Positions 56,920 through 64,000 of a stretch of DNA of 64,000 nucleotides are shown here, one piece after another. Below the pieces are notes generated by a model, which was given only the letters and a program-made list of their open reading frames with translations, made no database searches and was not told the origin of the DNA. Within the stretch, counting starts at the first letter, position 1; each line of letters opens with the position of its first letter. Source of the DNA: Blepharisma stoltei ATCC 30299 (taxonomy: Eukaryota > Protista > Ciliophora); the NCBI GenBank assembly GCA_965603825.1, contig CBFDEM010000013.1, positions 310,001 through 374,000 of the forward strand, read 5' to 3'. The translations under genes and the position numbers were made by a program.

Positions 56920-58596
56920 TTATTCAAGTTCCGATAAAATATCAGTCAATTTCTGCGACAACTGCTGCTTTTCTTTACTGATTTCATCAATTTCTTGCCT
57001 TCTCTGGTTTTGTCTTCTTAAAAATTGCTCTGCAAAATCGCTGAGATCTTCAGCTAAAGTTTGATATCTTGATGCTTCATCTTCTTCCCCTACTGATCCA
57101 ACGGACGCCATTTTACTTGCTTCCACTTTCCCCATGATTTCCTTAAGTTTAACTTCAAATTCTACCTCTTTATGTTTTATCTCCTCTTCTCTTGCTTCTA
57201 GTGTTTTTTCTTTATCTTTTATCTTTTTAATCCTTTCTTCTGCTCTTTTCTGTTTAATCAGCAAAGCTGATTCTTGATTTTGCAGTGAAGTTTCCCAATT
57301 TTTCAGCTTATTTTCTTCTTCTTTTTTGAAATTTAAAAACTCTTGTTTTTTTTGTTCAATTTCATCTTTTGAAGCCCCAGTTTTGCTTTCAAGCTTATGG
57401 AGGTTGTCAATTCTTCCGATCATTTTTTCCCAATTTTGTGTGAGTTTTTTCCTTCTTTCTTCAAGGGCAGCATCTTCTTGCAAAAGCTCATCTTCTCTCT
57501 TTTTAATAGCTAATTCACGGTCTTGAAGGAGTTTTTCCTTTTTAAAAGTGTCATCTCTTACTGGAGACTTGGATGGAGTTCGCTTTTGTGGTGTGCCATC
57601 AAATATAACTTTTTCTTTGAGCTGGAGTTGTCTTTCCTTTGTCTCAAGTTCAGTTTGCTTTTGAGCTAGTTTTCTAATTTTTTCATTATAGGCTGTTTCT
57701 TTTTGCTTTATTAATTCTTCTCTTTTCCGAAGAGCTTTATCAATATTTCCATCTCCAAAAATTTTTGATTCTTTTAATGCTGCTTCTTGGGCTGCTAAAA
57801 TTTCTTTTTCTTGTTGCTCTAGCTTATATTTTGTGTCAATCACTTTTAATGCTTCTTGTTCAAGTTGCCGCTTTAAGTGCTCTACCTTTTCAGTTGTTTT
57901 TTTCATTTTATCAAAAGCTAAAATACAAGCTTTGTCTCTACTTGCTATAGCTAATTCTTTTCTATTAACAATTTCAAACATGGCATTCCAAACAATTTCA
58001 TTTGCAATAGTTTTACAAATTATTTTCCCATGCTCTTTATCAATTTTTTGGGCCTTATTTTCTAGCTCTTTCTGTTGTTTTATAATTTCTTTTTCCTTCC
58101 AGTTAACTTCATATTCTATATCTTGCAGCTTGTTTTCTTTATCCCTTAGTTTTTCCGACCTAAGATTAAGAGTCTGTTCCTTTAATTCAATTTCCTTTTG
58201 CTCTCTCAGCAAATCCATTCCTTGATCTTTTAAGTCTTGTGCTGACTCTTTTAAAACTTCTTCTAGCTTCGCGAGTCTAGGAAAAGTATCTTCTGACAAT
58301 AAGCCAGAAAATGAAAATCCTCGAGGGTTGTATTGCCGGGAAGCGTTGTACTGTTGCCTGCTCAATAAATATTCTTCACTTTCTTGCAAGCGCTGCTCCA
58401 CCTCTCTTAGACTATCAATATCTGAGGAACGCTGCTCCTCATATTTATGCTGGTTCATGCTTTTAGCATAAGAGCCACCAGCCCCAATTTTCTTTTTCGG
58501 CTCATGAAGTTTGGATCGACTCGAAGAATAGGCTGGAGGTGGAGTTAATTGTCTATAATTACGGCTATATATGTCAGGAGATCGTTCTCTGTGCAT
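56920..58596 (-). CDS. Long E/K/Q-rich coiled-coil protein (~558 aa)
   Basis: First ATG at 58596; heptad-rich throughout. Confidence 0.8.
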   Translation of the reverse strand: MHRERSPDIYSRNYRQLTPPPAYSSSRSKLHEPKKKIGAGGSYAKSMNQHKYEEQRSSDIDSLREVEQRLQESEEYLLSRQQYNASRQYNPRGFSFSGLLSEDTFPRLAKLEEVLKESAQDLKDQGMDLLREQKEIELKEQTLNLRSEKLRDKENKLQDIEYEVNWKEKEIIKQQKELENKAQKIDKEHGKIICKTIANEIVWNAMFEIVNRKELAIASRDKACILAFDKMKKTTEKVEHLKRQLEQEALKVIDTKYKLEQQEKEILAAQEAALKESKIFGDGNIDKALRKREELIKQKETAYNEKIRKLAQKQTELETKERQLQLKEKVIFDGTPQKRTPSKSPVRDDTFKKEKLLQDRELAIKKREDELLQEDAALEERRKKLTQNWEKMIGRIDNLHKLESKTGASKDEIEQKKQEFLNFKKEEENKLKNWETSLQNQESALLIKQKRAEERIKKIKDKEKTLEAREEEIKHKEVEFEVKLKEIMGKVEASKMASVGSVGEEDEASRYQTLAEDLSDFAEQFLRRQNQRRQEIDEISKEKQQLSQKLTDILSELE

Positions 58597-58744
58597 ATTC
58601 AATTTAGTTATCTAAAAAAATTAAATATTCCCTAAATATTGCATTCTCTTGCATCGTATTCCCTAGATAGAAGCTCAAATTAAATTAATATCAGATTAAA
58701 ATATCGTAAGTAAGCAATAATTATTCTGTTCATTCCTTATAATT

Positions 58745-59083
58745 ATGGAAAAAGCTTCAGAGAACAAACTTTCTAGTTACTTTGTACCTCTAACCCAAGA
58801 CCAAATCAAAAATGAAGACGAGAATATCGATTATTACGACGAGTATTGCAAACTTTATGTGTACAATTTATTGTTAAAACAAAAAATTGATGAGCTTGCA
58901 GTTGAGAAAGACCGCTTTCAAAAAAGACTTTCAAACCTTGAAGAAAGCCTGTCAAATGGTAAGAAAAAAAGACATAGGCGAACTGCGGATAAAATTGAAA
59001 GGCATTATACCTGCCCAATATGTGGGAAATCTTATGGGTCAGAAGCTTCGGTAAATAACCATGTCAAGCTTAAACATTCTTAA
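58745..59083 (+). CDS. Small coiled-coil + C2H2 zinc-finger protein
   Basis: KRHRRTADKIERHYTCPICGKSYGSEASVNNHVKLKH. Confidence 0.85.
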   Translation: MEKASENKLSSYFVPLTQDQIKNEDENIDYYDEYCKLYVYNLLLKQKIDELAVEKDRFQKRLSNLEESLSNGKKKRHRRTADKIERHYTCPICGKSYGSEASVNNHVKLKHS

Positions 59084-59483
59084 CTAATGAAATTATTATT
59101 TAGAACTGCATCAAGTAGCCATTTGGAATTGATCATTTCTCATGAGTATAGCTATAATCCAGTTTATTTGGCATTTTTTATTTTAAAAATTACTTCGTCC
59201 TAAGTGGGAAAAAATTATCCATAATATAGCTTTATGAGCTATTGAAGTTTAATTTCAGTTGTTTTTCTGTATGGCTATTAAAATAAGTCAATAAATTATT
59301 GACCCCTGGCTTAATTCGACTGAAATTTCATAATAAAATAATGACTTAGAAGAATATAAAATAATCTCTGTTATTCAAAGTTAACTCTTAAACAGAAAAT
59401 TTCGAACAATAAAAAATAAATTGTTTTCATAGATAAAAATCAAAAATTATTCAATTATATTTAATTGTATTTTATAATAATCA

Positions 59484-60722
59484 ATGTCGGAACAAAAGCT
59501 TTGGGAGAAAATTCTGCAAGAATCTTCCCAAAGGGACCAGCATCCTGAAGGCAATCTTATTCTAGTTGGAAGAAAAAACTGTGGAGTGAAACATCTTATA
59601 TCTGTAGTTCAAAAAGGCCCAGGCTCTTTAGGAAAGAATTCAGTGTATTCACAACTCATTGCTCCTGATGATCCAATCCCTATAACTTCTCCTATTCATT
59701 ACTCTCACATAAACGCGAAGAATATTGAAGATCCTCAGTCCTTGAAGATCTCCAGAATAAACATTTGGACCTTGGATCAGCCTGAGCTCAAAGATCTGCT
59801 TGAATTTTCGCTCAAGCCCAAACAACTAAATAACACTTTGTTCGGAATAGTACTAGATTGGTCTCAGCCATGGACATTTATGGAAGATCTCCATCAGTGA
59901 ATTGAAATTTGGCATGAAAAACTTGGAAAAGTCCTAAGTTCGCTGCCGCTTGATGATCAAGATCAAATGGTGCAAAGTGTGGAAAGGTATATGAAGGCTT
60001 ATAAAGACCCATCTGAAGAAACAAAAGAAGAGCAAGTCGATGAGGCAATCCAAGAAGTTCCGCTGCCTGAAGGAGTTTTGCAAGTAAACTTAGGAGTTCC
60101 GATCATGATTATTTGTTGCAAAAGCGATTTAATATGGTCTGTTGATAAAAGTCGAGACCAGTGCGAGCGAATTTTGGATTGCACTTTGAAATCGCTGAGA
60201 GAGTTTGCAGTCACTTATGGAGCTTCAATTATTTACACCTCTTCTAAAACAGGAACCAATTTGAATACTTTTTACAATTATATAGTTCATCGGCTCTATG
60301 GGTTTAAATTTTCCCAAAAAGCCCAAATAATTGATAGGGAAAGCATTTTTATCCCTGCAGGATGGGATTCGCCAAATTTAATTAGAGAAATGGATTATTT
60401 AGGCATATCAGAAAAACAGTATAATGATCTCTTGCAAAAACCAAAATACCGAGGAGCACGTAAAGAGGAAACTCCGATTGTTTCAGACCAAGACTTTTTA
60501 GTGCAAGTTCAAGAGCGGCTTTCAAAATCAGTCAAAAAAGCAGCAGATAATGTAAGAGACCTCATCACAAGGCCACAGCAAATTTCTCTGGGATCTCCAA
60601 ATGATGCTACCCCTAATCCTGAGATGACAGCCGATCCTCAAGGTGCCAACAAGAACAAGAACTTACAAGAATTCTATAAAATGTTGCTGAAAAAAGGAAA
60701 TAAAGAAGATGCAGATGCTTAG
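59484..60722 (+). CDS. Cytoplasmic dynein-1 light intermediate chain (~412 aa)
   Basis: LWEKIL, LDWSQPW, LPEGVLQVNLGVP, LREFAVTYGAS and IFIPAGWDS; TGA 59898-59900. Confidence 0.9.
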
Positions 60723-60760
60723 TTAATAACTTTGTCTCAATTTAATATTAAATTAAAACC

Positions 60761-63700
60761 ATGTCAAGAGAAGTTCCATACCTACTTTTGGAATGCAAAA
60801 ACTGTAAGATGAAGTATGAAACACAAGAACAGCTTAGAAATCATCAAGCCAAATTCTGTAAAGACTCAGATTACGGCGATCTTAACAAACTGCAACGGAA
60901 GATGGAAGATGCCAAAAGAGACGCGAATTCAATAAATTTGTATGAAAGCTTGCATATGGAAGACGTAAAAAAATTCCTGAAAGGAGAAAATAAAGCCCAA
61001 AACCAAGAAGGGGTGGGCTCTGCAACTTTAGGACAGCTAAGAGATCAGATCAGGACCAATGAGAAAGAATTTGAAAAAGCTGCTAATCAATTTCTATCGA
61101 AAAGAGAAGAAGACTTAAAAGGAGGCTTAGAGCAACTGAGAGCTGAAAAAGTTGAAATCAGGTCGAAAAGGAGGCAAGAAGAAGGAGCGTTACTAGATCT
61201 TATGAAAGAGCTTGAAGAAAAAAGGGAAAGAGAAGTTAGGGCCAAAGCTGAAAAAGATGCAATTTCTCAAGCACTCAAAGATTTGGATAAAAAGAAATTA
61301 AATGCACTTGAAGTGGAGAAGAAAAGAGAGCTAAACAAGCTGGAAGACGAAAGGGAATCGTTAAGGCTGAAAGAAGAAGAATTAATGCAGGAGGTCGAGA
61401 GGCTCCAAAACAGAATGGACGACAATGAAGTACAGTGAAAACAAGAAAGGGATAAAATTAACTTGAACGCAAGAGCTGCAAACGTAGGGGTCAACATGGA
61501 AATCCTGCAAAAGAGACAGATGGAACTTGCCAAGGAAAGAGGAGAGCAGGTTGCCCAAATTAAGCAGAAAAAAGATGCGTTGGAGTTCGAAAGACAAAGA
61601 ATCATGGATGATCTCAACAGAATTAAAAAAGGAGAGATCAACACTATGAGAAAAAACTCCGCAGGAAAACTTGCCGCATCACAAATCGTAGGCTCCCCCT
61701 TAGTCCCTATTAAATTCGCTGAAAGAAGAGCCATTCCGCAAAACGCTCTGCAAATGAGCGAGAAATGAAACGATGACCTTGAAAGGCTTGAAAAGCTAAA
61801 AAAGAACCATCAGAACTTCATTCAAAACGAAACAATGTTCAAAAATCCTGAGCCAACAGAAACGCCTAAATCAAGACAAGGAATGCAATTTCCTTCAAAA
61901 GTAGATGAGATGATTAATGAGGCTGAGGCCAGAATGAATCCAAAAGAAAGAGTCAGGTATTATGGGCAGATTCAAAATGACTTGAATAATAAAGATCCGT
62001 TTAGATATACACCTGATCAGTCTCAGAGGGCTTCAAGAGAAGCAAGGGACTTCCCTAATTCTAATTTAGTTCAGCCTACCATTCAATTCGCCAATCCTCC
62101 AAAAGCATCAATACCCAATTTCGGAAATAATGAGCTGACTGGGCAAAATCCAAATTTAAATATAAACCCAAATAACAATTATCAGCCAAGGCTTATAAGC
62201 GAATTTGAACAGCTGAGAAAACAGCAACCTCATTCTTACCAGCCGCCCTATCAATCTCCTCCAGTCGGTTATTCTCCTCCTTATGTCCAGCCATTTCAGG
62301 ATCCAACCCCTCAGCCTCCAATTCCAGCTGAAGATCCAGGAGTCAAATCGCTCAAAAAAGAGCTTAAGAAGCTTAAAAAGAAGCTCAATAATAAAGGAAG
62401 GGACGAATTTTACCAAGGCATGCAAGATGCAATAGGCTCTTTCCAAAACAGACTCTCAGCACTAGATAATCCACAGAGCAATTTAAATAGTGAAGTGAAA
62501 CCAGCTGAGATGCTTCCTGAAGAAAGAGCTCTAAATAATGTACTTCGACAAGAACAAAGCGATTTAAAGCTGCTGTCAGCCTTACCAAAAGATTCAGATC
62601 TTTACCAAGCCAAGCTAGAGCATTATAAAGAAATGTCTCAGATCCGAATGAAGATGGAAGCGATGTTGCAAGAGCTCACAATGCAAAGGATGAAAAAGAA
62701 TTTTGATTTAGAGATGGAACTAGAAGAGAGAAAGCTGCAAAATGAAAGATGGGCTGAGGAACAAAAGCGAGGACTAATTGCAGCTAAAATACAGGGAAAT
62801 TTAACACAAAATAAACCTATAGCTGCTGACTACTCTCCAGAGACTGGGTTTTTTATTTGTTGGGACTATGCTGTAGGAATCCCAAGAAGATATAAAGAAT
62901 GCCAAATCGCATATGGTCTATATGAAAGAGGAGAAGTTAGACTGGAGCCTAGGCTTGTCCCACCTGTAAAAGTAGAAGATGATCCATTTAGTGAATTTAC
63001 TGGAAGAGCTATATTCAGAACAGAGCAAGATATAGCCAGAGTTCCTCCTTTCCCATTAATCAATTTAATTATTGAGTTGCAAGTTGTATCACCTACAATG
63101 GATGGACCAAAAGTAGGAAACTTTGGATGGACAGTACTAGATATTTTTACACACCAGCGAAAATTAATTGAAGGACTTTGGAAAATTCCTATATATAGAC
63201 CGCCTACAGACTCTGCAATTGAATTAAGAGATATTAGAAGTCTCGTCCCTATGCCAAATACTTTTGTTTTTATAAGAATTGTGCAAACTGGCACAAATTC
63301 ACCTTTAATGAATATTCCAGTTGTTCCTGAGGAAACAATGAATCGATATCGAATTCCCCAATCTCATCTTAGAGACAATCCTATGTCAAACAATGGGTAT
63401 CTGCAGCAGCCAACCGGATATCAGCCTATGCCAATTAAATCTTCAAGCCAACTCCCAGACCCTACTCAAGACATACAAAACTACCCTTCAAATCCAACTG
63501 AAATGATCCCACAATCCAGCCCTCTCGCCAGCAAAGGTCTTGCAATAAAGCTTGAAAGTTTAGTCGGATTCTTATCTAGGTCAGTCTTAAAATTTCAAAT
63601 CACTATTCAAGAAGGGGAAAGAATTGTCGTTGATAAAAATGGGAAAAACTGCAGATGGATAAGTGACCCGATCAACACCCTGGATACCGATGTAATTGGC

Positions 63701-64000
63701 AGACTAAGCTCAAATCGTCAGTCAGGTAACCGTTCAGTAGCGATGACTCCTGCTGATGAAAGAAGCCGCCTGGCTTCAGGGTCAAGAGGAAATATGAATT
63801 TGACTATAAATAAAGAAACAGTCTTCATCAATGATTTTTATTCAATCGTCCAAAAAACTGACTGGAACGAAGACTTGTATTTGATAATTGAAATTTTAGA
63901 AAGATCCTCACAGAGACTTACAACTGCAGAACTTCAAAGGAAAAACTCATTAGATCTTGAAGCATATTTTGCAGTTGGATGGACAGTTTTCCAATTGACA
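60761..64000 (+). CDS. CCDC17-like protein (N-terminal C2HC finger, coiled coil, C2-like domains); runs off the window end
   Basis: CKNC...NHQAKFC; frame stays open to the window end through TGA 61436 and 61766; YSPETGFFICWDY and GWTVLDIF...LIEGLWKIP motifs. Confidence 0.7.

Noticed and set aside
623-63294. Numerous short antisense or alternate-frame ORFs in the track (e.g. 623-949, 27952-28407, 32113-32520, 61267-61734, 62866-63294)
   Set aside because: They are shadows of real genes, with the Phe/Ser/Leu-rich composition expected from the reverse complement of Lys/Glu-rich CDS.
1-64000. Widespread pseudogenes suggested by fragmented ORFs
   Set aside because: Every break I traced is an in-frame TGA or a 15-nt GT-AG intron; no frameshifts are needed.
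1-64000. Selenocysteine or UGA=Cys (Euplotes-type) decoding
   Set aside because: The TGAs fall at Trp-conserved positions in non-redox proteins, and I found no convincing SECIS element.
1-64000. Mycoplasma or mitochondrial DNA (also table 4)
   Set aside because: The genes are eukaryotic nuclear (proteasome, CCR4-NOT, dynein, NF-Y) and carry spliceosomal introns.
1-64000. Germline (MIC) sequence with IESs or transposons
   Set aside because: No gene is interrupted by an insertion, and I saw no transposase ORF or terminal inverted repeats.

Overview
Gene-dense, AT-rich eukaryotic DNA that reads as somatic (macronuclear) genome of a heterotrich ciliate, most likely Blepharisma. Two features explain why the supplied standard-code ORF track is fragmented. 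(1) TGA encodes Trp: about 40 in-frame TGAs join neighbouring ORFs, several at family-conserved Trp positions, while genes end in TAA or TAG. (2) At least seven 15-nt GT-AG spliceosomal introns occur, each with an A at position 10. Re-read this way, the window holds about 44 protein genes, including CK1, PCCA, V-ATPase A, RPN9, CNOT11, CNOT3, NF-YC, DGK, CCDC61, TTC29, a dynein LIC, PIH1, NSUN, TUL1-like, small Tim, Mic60-like, ubinuclein-like and CCDC17-like genes, plus many ciliate-type hypotheticals. It also holds a box C/D snoRNA predicted to guide an LSU rRNA methylation and one unassigned structured-RNA candidate. Intergenic gaps are often 23-60 nt, with one 4-nt gap and one 8-nt overlap. 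I found no tRNA, rRNA, transposase, telomere or IES-interrupted gene. All homology calls come from manual motif recognition, not database searches.
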